Made by a program: the position numbers and the translations under genes. Below the pieces are notes generated by a model. That model ran no database searches, had not been told where the DNA came from, and saw nothing but the letters and a program-made list of their open reading frames with translations. From NCBI GenBank assembly GCA_049599735.1, contig JBMYOX010000007.1:7650-71649 (forward strand): a stretch of 64,000 nt of DNA. The letters are read 5' to 3'. Source of the DNA: Pontibacterium sp. Lineage in GTDB: Bacteria > Pseudomonadota > Gammaproteobacteria > Pseudomonadales > Balneatricaceae. Positions 20,637-30,349 of the stretch are shown one piece after another. Position 1 is the first letter of the stretch; each line of letters opens with the position of its first letter.

Positions 20637-21173
20637 CTATCTGCCGTCCAATACAAACTGATCAGGATGCAGGGCGGGCTGTTCATACAGGCTCAACATG
20701 CTTTCCACCAGTTGTTTATGGCGATCAGGCAAACCAACTTCCAGATAATGTAAAACCCGTGCTTGTACCTTCGCCATAAATGCCGGACTGGCACCTATAC
20801 CGGCACTCAGGTTATCAGCTGAAAAATTAAACTTCTGACCACAAGCCTGGGTCATAATCCATTCCAGCGCCTGGGGTGCCACTTCCACTTGTTCAAAAAG
20901 TGATTGTTCCTGAACCGTGCGTCCGTCCGGTTTATACCAGTAACCAAAATCTTCCAGTTGGCGGCGTGCTTCGCCTGCTACACACCAGTGAGCGATTTCA
21001 TGTAATGCACTGGCAAAAAAACCATGGGCAAATATCACCCGGTGATGCGGTGACACGTCATCTGCGGGTAGATAAACAGGCTCGTCTTCACCCCGGACAA
21101 GCATCGTATTATGGGATTCTAAAAAAAGTGTATTAAACAGTTTAATCAGTTGTTCTGCGTTTGCTTCGCTCAT
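20637..21173 (-). CDS. epmC: Elongation factor P hydroxylase
   Basis: FAHGFFASALHEIAHWCVAG, DFGYWYKPDGR, FEQVEVAPQALEW; start MSEAN overlaps the upstream stop (ATGA). Confidence 0.9.
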   Translation of the reverse strand: MSEANAEQLIKLFNTLFLESHNTMLVRGEDEPVYLPADDVSPHHRVIFAHGFFASALHEIAHWCVAGEARRQLEDFGYWYKPDGRTVQEQSLFEQVEVAPQALEWIMTQACGQKFNFSADNLSAGIGASPAFMAKVQARVLHYLEVGLPDRHKQLVESMLSLYEQPALHPDQFVLDGR

Positions 21174-21910
21174 GGTTCCAACGGTTGCCAGATATTCTGT
21201 TTTAACCACCAGGTTTTTCCACTCTGGCGATCCATACGTGCGGCAACAAAGCCTTTAGTATCTTTATCTGCACGCTCAAGTTTCACCTCATAGAGCGAAG
21301 CAGATGGACCCGCCTGCTCTTCCAGTGCAATCCAGCGCCCTTCATCAGCCAGCCAGCTTTCCCCGCTGAAGCGGTTATACCGAATTAAAATCCATTGCCC
21401 GGTTTGTGTATAGCAGGACTCAAACTGGTAGTTGCCATCCTGTAACTGCAAAGCCACATCATTTGCCAGCCGGGCCATCTGATCCAGAAGTAATGAAAAT
21501 TCCTGCTGAGACGGTTGCGCTTGTGCCGCGCCTTCCGTTGATAACGGCTTCAGCCCCGTACCTTTTAAATCCTGAACCATCGCATGCAGCTGTACCTGAA
21601 CTGACTGAAGCTGTTCCAGCTGGATAGCATTTTGTGAGCGTATATTTAACAGCTGTTCCTGTACGGCGGTAATACGATTGCCAATAACATCGATTGATTG
21701 GGCTACATTTTCAGTTTCAGCCTTATCTTCGGCCTTAGCTTCGACAACAGGCGCGACTATTGGCTTCACTCCCGGTTTAGCAGGTGCAATATCTAACTGA
21801 GATACCGCCGGTTCGGGCGGCACAGATTGTACCTGAGTCGCGTTGCAGCCTGATAAAACTAACAACACAAAAATATAACTTACTGATCGCAGTTTCACTA
21901 CGACCTCCAT
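21170..21910 (-). CDS. Hypothetical lipoprotein
   Basis: Lipobox LSGC after a hydrophobic signal; coiled-coil middle; two related C-terminal Trp-rich repeats. Confidence 0.75.
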   Translation of the reverse strand: MEVVVKLRSVSYIFVLLVLSGCNATQVQSVPPEPAVSQLDIAPAKPGVKPIVAPVVEAKAEDKAETENVAQSIDVIGNRITAVQEQLLNIRSQNAIQLEQLQSVQVQLHAMVQDLKGTGLKPLSTEGAAQAQPSQQEFSLLLDQMARLANDVALQLQDGNYQFESCYTQTGQWILIRYNRFSGESWLADEGRWIALEEQAGPSASLYEVKLERADKDTKGFVAARMDRQSGKTWWLKQNIWQPLEP

Positions 21911-21941
21911 AAACGGATAAAGAAGCGGTTATTGTAAACAA

Positions 21942-21968
21942 AAAAAGAGGCTATCAAAGCCTCTTTTT
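21942..21968. terminator. Terminator downstream of soxB
   Basis: AAAAAGAGGCT-atcaa-AGCCTCTTTTT. Confidence 0.8.
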
Positions 21969-21989
21969 AATAAACGAATAACCTGTAGA

Positions 21990-23762
21990 TTACATTTTAG
22001 CGTAAGCCGCAATGCCCGGGTTATCAGCTACGTTTTTCAACACAGGGGTATTCAGCTTATCAATACGTGCCACTTTTTTGTCACGCAGATAATCGGCCAC
22101 AACATCCCAGATATCCGGCCCTTCAGAGCGCGCACCCACTGTTGCCCAACCGGCAACTTTGTAGCCTTTGTTCATATCGATCTTTTCACCGTTATCCAGC
22201 GTCATTTCAGAAATACGCTGACCAACCGGTTTCATCGGATCACACACATAATCAAAACCTCCCACACGCACCATATCACCACCCGACTGCAGATAAGGCT
22301 CGGGATTAAAGATATTATCGGCCACGTCTTCAAGGATAAGTTTTAACTCAGCACCTTGCATCTCCCGAGCATAAGTTTCGGGATAAGTCAGACAGGTCTG
22401 ATCAAGCACATGTTCCATTTTAACCATCTGCCCTTCCAGCACCGTAGTGCCCCAGCGGAAACCTGGCGACAGAGAAATTTGTGTGTCCAGCTGCTCACAA
22501 AGCGCATCACAAATCACCTGATCGAAGGTGCCGTTAAAGTTACCCCGGCGGAACATCACCTCATCGGCCGTTGCCAACTCTTCATTCATCCAGCTGTTAT
22601 AAGGTGCACGTATATCGGTAATTAACTTAGCCATGGCAGGGTCTGGAGTCAGCAATTCCGAGAATACCGGCATTAAGCGATAATTAAAGCCCTGGACTTT
22701 TCCTTTGCGGATATCCAGATCCATCACCCCGACAAACTTACCGTTGGAGCCCACGTTACAAACCAGCGTCTGACCAAGGGCATTCTTCACCGGCGTAGGT
22801 TGTGGAATACCGTCATGGGTGTGTCCGCCCAAAATAACATCGATTCCGGTTACCCGACCCGCCATGGCCAGATCCACATCCATACCATTATGGGAGATCA
22901 CTATTACCGCATCGGCTTTCTCTTCACTGCGTACATGATCAACCAATTCCTGCAATTCCCGGTCGAAAATATCAAATGTCCAGTCAGGAATAAAACGTGC
23001 CGGGTTGGCAATCTTAGTACGCGGGAAGGCCTGGCCTATTACAGCAATTCGGGCACCGCCCATTTCACGCATGCTGTAGGGTTTGAATACACGACCACTG
23101 TCTTCGTCGTGAATATACTCATCCGCACCTTCAAACAAGGCATCTTCAGTAATTAAAACGTTATGGGCCAGAAATTCACCATTAAACGCTTTAATATTAT
23201 TCAGAATTTCTTCCTGATGGTAAGTAAACTCCCAATGGCCGGTCATGATATCCACGCCGAGTTCATTGGTTGCTTTTACCATGTCCATACCCCGGGTTTT
23301 ATAAGAGGTACCCGAGCCCTGCCAGGTATCACCACCATCCAGCAACAAGGTATTTTCCTTACCGTAACTCTGACGTAATCGATCTACTAACGTCTTAATA
23401 TGGGCAAAACCACCCACTTTGCCGTACTTCTGCGCCGCTTCATCAAAATTCAGATAAGTAAATGCATGGGCTTCCAGCGAATTCGGAGCAATACCGAAAT
23501 GATTAAGCAGCTTATCACCTACCAAGTGAGGCGCTTTACCAAACGCCGACCCCAGGCCAAGGTTTACATTAGGCTCACGGAAATAAACCGGTAACAACTG
23601 AGCATGACAATCGGTCATGTGCAATAAACGCACATTACCGAAGTTAGGGACTTCATAAAGTTCAGCTGGCTGTTTTTGGGCCGCAAAACCGGCTGTTGGC
23701 AACAGGCCTGCTGCTCCCGCCAAACCCATTAACTGGGCAAATTCACGGCGTGACATAGACAT
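21990..23762 (-). CDS. soxB: Thiosulfohydrolase SoxB
   Basis: Tat signal SRREF; LLHMTDCHAQL, DGGDTWQGS, MTGHWEF, SHNGMDVD, GGHTHD 5'-nucleotidase-type di-Mn motifs. Confidence 0.96.
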   Translation of the reverse strand: MSMSRREFAQLMGLAGAAGLLPTAGFAAQKQPAELYEVPNFGNVRLLHMTDCHAQLLPVYFREPNVNLGLGSAFGKAPHLVGDKLLNHFGIAPNSLEAHAFTYLNFDEAAQKYGKVGGFAHIKTLVDRLRQSYGKENTLLLDGGDTWQGSGTSYKTRGMDMVKATNELGVDIMTGHWEFTYHQEEILNNIKAFNGEFLAHNVLITEDALFEGADEYIHDEDSGRVFKPYSMREMGGARIAVIGQAFPRTKIANPARFIPDWTFDIFDRELQELVDHVRSEEKADAVIVISHNGMDVDLAMAGRVTGIDVILGGHTHDGIPQPTPVKNALGQTLVCNVGSNGKFVGVMDLDIRKGKVQGFNYRLMPVFSELLTPDPAMAKLITDIRAPYNSWMNEELATADEVMFRRGNFNGTFDQVICDALCEQLDTQISLSPGFRWGTTVLEGQMVKMEHVLDQTCLTYPETYAREMQGAELKLILEDVADNIFNPEPYLQSGGDMVRVGGFDYVCDPMKPVGQRISEMTLDNGEKIDMNKGYKVAGWATVGARSEGPDIWDVVADYLRDKKVARIDKLNTPVLKNVADNPGIAAYAKM

Positions 23763-23840
23763 AAGAATGACCCTCTTAGAGCAATCGAAGAAGAAAATAC
23801 CTACGGCAAGAGATACCGCAGGTATTTTTATTTGCAGAGT

Positions 23841-24263
23841 TTACTGAGGAACCGACAAGTGCCAGTGGTTCTGAGCATAAGCGTGCTGCTGAATACCTAT
23901 GCGTGCGTGATACTTAGCCTGAGCAGCAAGATTCATCGCCTTTTGGTAGTCTCCGGCATCTGCGGCTTTTTGCGCGTCCATCAAAATGCCACCGGTTAGC
24001 TTCCACTCAAAGCCCAGTGCTGCGACTTCTTTGTTCTTAGCGACCGCTTTTGCAATCAAATCCAGCGCATTAGCCTGAGTTGCTTTCACTGAGGCCTCAA
24101 CCTCTTCTTCATGATTGGTGCTGAACTTGCCACCATTCCACTCAAAAGTATGACCAGGACCGTACATTGCACGGTTCATTTCAAAGACTTCCTGAAAGCT
24201 CTCGGCAGAGGCAAATGCAGGAGTCAGTGCCAGAGCGGCAACCATCGTGATAACTTTTTTCAT
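23841..24263 (-). CDS. soxK: SoxAX-binding protein SoxK-like, with extra N-terminal module
   Basis: Lies between soxA and soxB; signal peptide; C-terminal GFEW...AQKAADAGDY..A..LA helical pattern of SoxK. Confidence 0.7.
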   Translation of the reverse strand: MKKVITMVAALALTPAFASAESFQEVFEMNRAMYGPGHTFEWNGGKFSTNHEEEVEASVKATQANALDLIAKAVAKNKEVAALGFEWKLTGGILMDAQKAADAGDYQKAMNLAAQAKYHARIGIQQHAYAQNHWHLSVPQ

Positions 24264-24278
24264 AGTGCTATCCTCTCC

Positions 24279-25145
24279 TTATTTACGTGCGCCAGGGCCG
24301 TTTACAACCAGACCGTTGTTCATATAAGACTGGAAGTATTCCAGGTTACGGAAAGCGGTTGTCTGAACATCGGCAGGTTTAGAACGGGAATCCTTGTGAC
24401 AGCCTTTATAACGACGGTGTAAAGTTCCCAGTTCACCCCATTTAGAACGGAACACCGGAAAGTGTGTCGTATGACCTAACTGAGGACTCGGAAGATCGGC
24501 ACGGATCCGTATATTGGTACCCTGCACGTGGCAGTTAGCGCAGGACAGATTCAGCTGACCTCGTTTGGTATAAAAGAACTTTTTACCATCAAGATAAGCG
24601 GCCATCGCCCGTGGATCATCCTGAGGAATCTCAATGTTGATCACTTTATCCCGCGAGGTCCAGGCCATATATGCCGAAATCTTAGCAATGGGGCCTTTGC
24701 TCCATTTTAATGGTGTTTCACCATTTGCTTCGCGACATTCATTGATTTCCTGCTCAAGCGTTTTTACAGCGCCTGTAGCTTTATCCCAATAAGGAAAGTT
24801 CTGACGAATGCCTATGCCACCATTGTCAAAACAGTCTGCATAACCTTTACCGTTCGCGAAGGGCGTATTAAACAGCGTTTCACCTTCTTCAACCGCAAAC
24901 TCATAAGGAGGAAACTCTTCCAGTTCTTCCCATTGTGCGCGGGAGTCCGCATCAACGGCATAGATACCGTTAACATAGTCGGCAATTTCTGCCTGCGGAA
25001 AACGCGATTTAAAATAGTTCTGTAGTGCCATACGATCAGCTTCAGGATTTACTGTTTCCAGATTAAAACCTGAATCCGCAGCCATCGTCACCTGAGTTGT
25101 GGCCACTACGCACAAACCCAATGCCAGTTTTCTTATTATTTTCAT
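24279..25145 (-). CDS. soxA: Sulfur oxidation c-type cytochrome SoxA (mono-heme type)
   Basis: Single CxxCH (CANCH); RGQLNLSC, WGELGTLHRRYKGC with the active-site Cys; N-terminal C..F/INEC pair in place of a first heme site. Confidence 0.95.
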   Translation of the reverse strand: MKIIRKLALGLCVVATTQVTMAADSGFNLETVNPEADRMALQNYFKSRFPQAEIADYVNGIYAVDADSRAQWEELEEFPPYEFAVEEGETLFNTPFANGKGYADCFDNGGIGIRQNFPYWDKATGAVKTLEQEINECREANGETPLKWSKGPIAKISAYMAWTSRDKVINIEIPQDDPRAMAAYLDGKKFFYTKRGQLNLSCANCHVQGTNIRIRADLPSPQLGHTTHFPVFRSKWGELGTLHRRYKGCHKDSRSKPADVQTTAFRNLEYFQSYMNNGLVVNGPGARK

Positions 25146-25196
25146 AAGTCATCCCCACAGCTTCAACCGGAAGCAGAATCCGGCCTCAGACCGGAT

Positions 25197-25511
25197 TTAC
25201 TTGATTTTTGCTTTCTCAGTTGCTGATGTACCGGTATTTTCTGTCCAGGTCATCACTAGCTCTTCGCCTTTAGCACCGCCTGCAAAGTTGAATGCAATGT
25301 AAGGGTTTTTAGATACCGCTGTACCCATATTCGCGACAAACACCACTTTTCCTGCGTATTCAACTTTAATTTCCTGCAGAAATTTTGCAGGAATCAACTG
25401 ACCGGTTTTTTTATCTTTGCGCTGACCACTTTCCATGATGTGCTTCGCCATCATTTTTACTTTAGTCTTGCTACCGGACGCTTTTGCTTTAACTTTGAGA
25501 ATCTTAGCCAT
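25197..25511 (-). CDS. soxZ: Sulfur carrier subunit SoxZ
   Basis: HIMESGQRKD, AVSKNPYIAF, position after soxY. Confidence 0.93.
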   Translation of the reverse strand: MAKILKVKAKASGSKTKVKMMAKHIMESGQRKDKKTGQLIPAKFLQEIKVEYAGKVVFVANMGTAVSKNPYIAFNFAGGAKGEELVMTWTENTGTSATEKAKIK

Positions 25512-25535
25512 CTTTCTTTCCTCGTTTCTGTCCGA

Positions 25536-25997
25536 TTAACCGCCACAACCACCGATAGTGACTTTTACTTCTTTAGCCGCGCTGTAAAGCTTACCGTTTG
25601 CCTTCACAACCGCTGTCACTTTAGATGTTTTACCCATACGCAGACGGGTCGAAACATCGGCATCAGTGCCTTCAGGGATAATAAACTCAGCAACCAGCGG
25701 ATTCGGATTGTTCTCTACGAAGATACTGATCGTTTCAACACCTGCCATCTTTGAACGAACAGTCACAGGAACAACCGCACCGTTTTCAGCAATATCCGGT
25801 GCCTTCAGTGTTACTTCAGCACTTTCTTCAACACCGGCATCACCCAACAGGGCTTTCATTGCCATATCTTGTTTTTCTGCTTTAAAAGCAGACTCAGTCC
25901 ATGCAGCCATAGCTACACGTGGCATCATTACGCCGGCACCCAGCAATACACCACAAGCCGAAATCGCTTTAACGACCGTACGACGATTCATACTCAT
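25536..25997 (-). CDS. soxY: Sulfur carrier subunit SoxY
   Basis: Tat motif NRR; APDIAENGAVVPV; C-terminal VKVTIGGCGG swinging arm. Confidence 0.97.
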   Translation of the reverse strand: MSMNRRTVVKAISACGVLLGAGVMMPRVAMAAWTESAFKAEKQDMAMKALLGDAGVEESAEVTLKAPDIAENGAVVPVTVRSKMAGVETISIFVENNPNPLVAEFIIPEGTDADVSTRLRMGKTSKVTAVVKANGKLYSAAKEVKVTIGGCGG

Positions 25998-26033
25998 CCT
26001 AATATTCCTCTCTTGCATCACCCAAAACGGGCA

Positions 26034-26396
26034 TCAGAACTGATAAACGTATTCGACAACAGCGTCGATTTCTTGTTCAGAAATAATCCAGTGCTTACCC
26101 AATGGCGGCATAATAGTCAGCGGATTATTTTTGGTTGCATCCCAAATTTGAGCGCGCAACATGCGCTTATCGGGGAATCGCATTTTCATGCTCAGAAGCG
26201 GCGGCCCCTGATTACCCGCCTGGGTTGCATCGGGATCACTGATTGCATGACATGAAATGCAATTACCCCGGGATTTATTGAGATACACCGCTTTACCCAG
26301 CGCCAACTGATCTGCTTTGGCATCAGCTACAGCGGGAACCGCCGTAAACATGGCCAACAGACCTGCAGCACATATAGAGGTGGTCAGCTTACGCAT
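26034..26396 (-). CDS. soxX: Cytochrome c SoxX
   Basis: GNCISCH, GNQGPPL, MPPLG. Confidence 0.93.
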   Translation of the reverse strand: MRKLTTSICAAGLLAMFTAVPAVADAKADQLALGKAVYLNKSRGNCISCHAISDPDATQAGNQGPPLLSMKMRFPDKRMLRAQIWDATKNNPLTIMPPLGKHWIISEQEIDAVVEYVYQF

Positions 26397-26481
26397 TGTT
26401 ACTCCTCCGGAACTGTCTTTCTGACAGGATTTATTATTTTTATAAGAAAGGCCCTTATAACAGGGCCTTATTTACTTATGC

Positions 26482-27507
26482 TTACTGACTAGATTCAACC
26501 ATGTAAGCGACTGCTTGTTCAACCTGTTTATCACTCAGATCAACTCGACCACCTTTTGGTGGCATTACACCTGTATCACCACTAAAGCCGTTGATCGCAT
26601 GTGACAACATAGTTTCCATGCCCTGTTTAATACGAGGCTGCCACGCCTCTGCATCACCGACTTTAGGCGAACCCGTCAGGCCAGAACCATGACAAACTTT
26701 ACAAGCACCTTCATAGGTTGCTTTGCCTGCCAGCGCGGTTTCTGACAAAGTCACAACCCCATGTTCTGAGGTTTCTCCAGAATCACCACGCAATGTAGAT
26801 TTACGCGCTTTTTCTTTACTGTGTTCCTGCTCCATCTGCGCTTCATGAGATGCCGCAGGTGCATCAGCACCTTCAATGAAATGCCCAACAGGCGTAATAC
26901 CTGTCAGTGTGCCGGCGATATTCATTGTTTTAGGATCATCGCAGTCTTTCATGCAACGGGCATTCTTAACATCAGGACGTGGGTCAACAAAAAATCCATC
27001 CCGGTTGGGCATTTCGATTTTTGCCAGATTATCCTGTGTCAGTACAAACTCTTCATCAACAATCTCATTCAGATAAAGCACATAAGCGGTGATGTTATAC
27101 ACCTGCTCATCTGAAAGTGACCGTGGGGCTGTGAAGGGCATAGCACGGCGAATATAATCATAAAGCGTGGACGCATAAGGCCAGTAGGAGCCAACCGTTT
27201 TTGTCGGGCGCTCTTCCGTCAGTGTGCCTTCTCCGCCAGCAAGTACCGGCCAGCGACCTTCACCTTCACCAAAAAGTCCGTGACAGGTTGCACAGAACTG
27301 CTCATAAAGGGCTTCACCCTCTTCAACCGTGCCCTGCCCTTTTGGCAAACCCATGCCATCAGGGCGAATATCGATATCCCAGCCCGCAATTTCCTCTGTA
27401 CTGGCCGCAGAACCGATACCATAAGTTTCAGCCTGTGCCGTTCCGCTCATTGCCAGCACAGCACCCAGAGTAGTAACCAACAGACTTTTCTTAAGTGATC
27501 TGAACAT
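26482..27507 (-). CDS. soxD: Sulfane dehydrogenase cytochrome subunit SoxD (di-heme, C-terminal c5-like domain)
   Basis: WDIDIRPDG, CATCH, TVGSYWPYASTLYDYIRRAMP, second CKVCH domain ending MPPKGG; start MFRSLKK overlaps the soxC end. Confidence 0.92.
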   Translation of the reverse strand: MFRSLKKSLLVTTLGAVLAMSGTAQAETYGIGSAASTEEIAGWDIDIRPDGMGLPKGQGTVEEGEALYEQFCATCHGLFGEGEGRWPVLAGGEGTLTEERPTKTVGSYWPYASTLYDYIRRAMPFTAPRSLSDEQVYNITAYVLYLNEIVDEEFVLTQDNLAKIEMPNRDGFFVDPRPDVKNARCMKDCDDPKTMNIAGTLTGITPVGHFIEGADAPAASHEAQMEQEHSKEKARKSTLRGDSGETSEHGVVTLSETALAGKATYEGACKVCHGSGLTGSPKVGDAEAWQPRIKQGMETMLSHAINGFSGDTGVMPPKGGRVDLSDKQVEQAVAYMVESSQ

Positions 27508-28819
27508 TGGTAATGCCTCCGTTGGGTGCCACTTTCCAGGTATGGATGGAGTTCTTATGATAGATAGAGTTTCCGCCACGCACTTCACGCAACTGTTTCA
27601 GCGTAGGCTGCACATAGCCGGTTTCATCAATAGCACGAGACTGCAACAACCACGGCTGACCATCCCACTTAGTCACCAGACTAAAGCGGGTCAGTGATTT
27701 ATCCAGCACCAAACCTTTCAGTTTTGCATTTACCCAGCTCACGCCGCCGTCAAATGACACATCAACCTGCTTGATCTTACCGCGACCAGACCAGGCAATA
27801 CCTTCAATCTCAATAAAACCACTTTTGACAATCGGATTTTCAGGACAAGGGCTGGTAATAACCGAGTTGGTTTCCTGTACAAACGTAAACTTACGTGCGC
27901 GCCCGTCTGGCATCAGGTCAGTATACTTGGATGTTTCTTCGCGGTGATACCAGGGTTTATCACCTACTTCCAGGCGACGTAACCACTTAATTGAGGTATT
28001 ACCTTCCCAACCCGGATTCAGCAAGCGCAGCGGATAACCCTGCTCAGGACGCAGGCGCTCACCATTTTGTGCATAAACAACCAGGGTATCGTCCAGTGCT
28101 TTTTCCAGCGGGATAGAACGGCTCATATGAGCACCGTCTGCGCCTTCTGCCAGAATCCATTTACCTTCAGGTTTCACACCTGCTTCTTCAAGCAGTACCC
28201 GAAGTGGAACACCCGTCCATTCACAGCAGCTCAGCATACCGTGAGTGAACTGCAGTGCTTCCATCTGTGCACCTTTCCACTCCATGCCGCCGTTTGCAGG
28301 ACATTCAATAAATTTAATTTCTGATACCGATGGAAAACGCATCAGGTCTTCCATCGTGAAGATCAGCGGTCGCTCAACCAGACCGTGAATAATCAGGCGA
28401 TGCTCTTCCATCGGAATCTGAGGTACACCACCGTGATAGCGCTCAAAGACCAGGCCATTTGGGGTAATAATGCCTTTCAGATCCTGAAGAGGTGTCATTG
28501 AGATTGACGCAATGGAATCTGCGGTCAACCAGGGTACGGTTCGGCGAACAACATCTTTTTCAAACTGTGACGGCCGACCATAAGGGTACTCAACCACACC
28601 ATGGCCCAACTGTTTACCCCAGGCAGGTTCATTCGGCGGTAAGTTAGCAGAACCGGCTGCCACCGCATTACCTGCCATCGCTGTCGCTGCAATTCCACCC
28701 GTTGCAGCTATCCCCTTACGCAGGAAATCACGACGATCCCTGACGGACAGACTTTCGGCTTCAGAAGCCAGTTGTTCCATCAGCTCTCGCGTGCCGGGCC
28801 CCTTTATAATATTGGACAT
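27491..28819 (-). CDS. soxC: Sulfane dehydrogenase molybdopterin subunit SoxC
   Basis: Tat RRDFL; TPLQDLKGIITPNGLVFERYH, FIECPANG, RPEQGYPLRL, KWLRRLEV. Confidence 0.95.
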   Translation of the reverse strand: MSNIIKGPGTRELMEQLASEAESLSVRDRRDFLRKGIAATGGIAATAMAGNAVAAGSANLPPNEPAWGKQLGHGVVEYPYGRPSQFEKDVVRRTVPWLTADSIASISMTPLQDLKGIITPNGLVFERYHGGVPQIPMEEHRLIIHGLVERPLIFTMEDLMRFPSVSEIKFIECPANGGMEWKGAQMEALQFTHGMLSCCEWTGVPLRVLLEEAGVKPEGKWILAEGADGAHMSRSIPLEKALDDTLVVYAQNGERLRPEQGYPLRLLNPGWEGNTSIKWLRRLEVGDKPWYHREETSKYTDLMPDGRARKFTFVQETNSVITSPCPENPIVKSGFIEIEGIAWSGRGKIKQVDVSFDGGVSWVNAKLKGLVLDKSLTRFSLVTKWDGQPWLLQSRAIDETGYVQPTLKQLREVRGGNSIYHKNSIHTWKVAPNGGITNVQIT

Positions 28820-29344
28820 TTAAGCCTCCAAACGCTTAGTACCAAGCAATCGCTGTATTATTATAGTATTTATGGAATAACGTTATATCATCAAGACATA
28901 TAGAAATATTCGACCATTGTATAGCGCTTGAGCTAATTCAAACTTCAAGGCCTTTTTAGGTGCAAATTAAAAGAGTCTTTGATATTCCTCAAGGATATAA
29001 GCTTATTACATATAAATAATAGTAACAGCTAATTTAGTATTTGTGCATACCTTTGTACCAGCATAGGCACAGGAATGCGCAGAGACAAGCATTCCACAAT
29101 ATGAAATTCGGAGCATAGATCGCACCGGGAAGTACAAAATTAAGACTGATTTATGTGATCATTTCAAAAAGATCCGCCCACGAATGTGCGCGGTTTTAAC
29201 CCGCTAATATGACCCCAGCGCGGGACACTGAGGCATAACCAGCCCACTTCTAACACCTTGGCGGCAACCCGCCACCCGGCTGTTAATAACCGTTATATAA
29301 CGGGGCTCAGCTTTCAAGCCCGACCTCGTGCCAATGCGGGCTTC

Positions 29345-30124
29345 TTACTGATGCACCCAGGTCGGTTTACGTTTATTGATAAAGGCATCTATACCTTCCT
29401 GAGCATCAGGAGTCAGCATATTTTCTGTCATCACTTTACTGCAATTGGCATAAGCCTCAGAAAGCATCTGCTCACGCTGTTTATAAAAGGCCTGCTTTCC
29501 AATTGACAGAGTCTTACGTGATTTACTGGCTATTTTCGCGGCAACCGAAGCCACATAACTTTCCAGCTCTTCCGCATCAACAGCCCAGTTAACCAGCCCT
29601 ATTTCACACGCACGCGCGGCACTGATCAAGTCACCCAGAAGTAAAAGCTCCATCGCATGCTTAGGCGCGACAGCACGTGTCAGTGCAACCATTGGCGTAG
29701 AACAAAACAGACCAATATTAACCCCGGGAGTTGCAAAACGTGCATTATCAGCCGCTACCGCAAGGTCACAGCTCGCAACCAACTGGCAACCGGCCGCAGT
29801 GGCTACACCATGTACCTGGGCAATCACAGGCACTGGTAAATTAACCACTTTTTGCATCAGGGCTGCACAGGTATCAAACGTCTGCTGGTAATAAGCCTCA
29901 TGACCCTCACCCAGCATTTGCTTTAAGTCATGCCCTGCACAAAAACCCTTACCACCACCACGTATAACCACTACGCGCACAGAAAGGTCATCTGAAATAC
30001 TATCCAACGCATCAGACAACGTCTGCATCATTTCCATCGAAAGTGCGTTGTAGGCATCCGGACGATTCAGTGTGAGCGTACAGACACCGTCTGCATCCTG
30101 CCGTAGTAACAAATCATTACTCAT
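29345..30124 (-). CDS. Enoyl-CoA hydratase/isomerase family protein
   Basis: FCAGHDLK, ATAAGCQLVASCDLA, TPGVNIGLFCSTP. Confidence 0.92.
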   Translation of the reverse strand: MSNDLLLRQDADGVCTLTLNRPDAYNALSMEMMQTLSDALDSISDDLSVRVVVIRGGGKGFCAGHDLKQMLGEGHEAYYQQTFDTCAALMQKVVNLPVPVIAQVHGVATAAGCQLVASCDLAVAADNARFATPGVNIGLFCSTPMVALTRAVAPKHAMELLLLGDLISAARACEIGLVNWAVDAEELESYVASVAAKIASKSRKTLSIGKQAFYKQREQMLSEAYANCSKVMTENMLTPDAQEGIDAFINKRKPTWVHQ

Positions 30125-30349
30125 CGCGTATTCCTCCAGCCTGATTATTTTTCTGGTAACAGACTAACTGTTTGCCGGGCATTCAGGAATAGTCACTGCC
30201 TTATTAAAGGTGCTGCGGCGCAACCCGGTGTATGCGTGAACCGTGAAATAAAAGACTAACAACAAGCAGCCCTGATTGAAGGCTCTCCCGAGCCGACATG
30301 CCGATTTACGATCGGATCGGAAATTGATAATAACTCAAAGAAAACAAAG

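Noticed and set aside
29290-29303. Perfect 14-bp palindrome CCGTTATATAACGG
   Set aside because: Single occurrence with no supporting context; compatible with a simple hairpin or chance.
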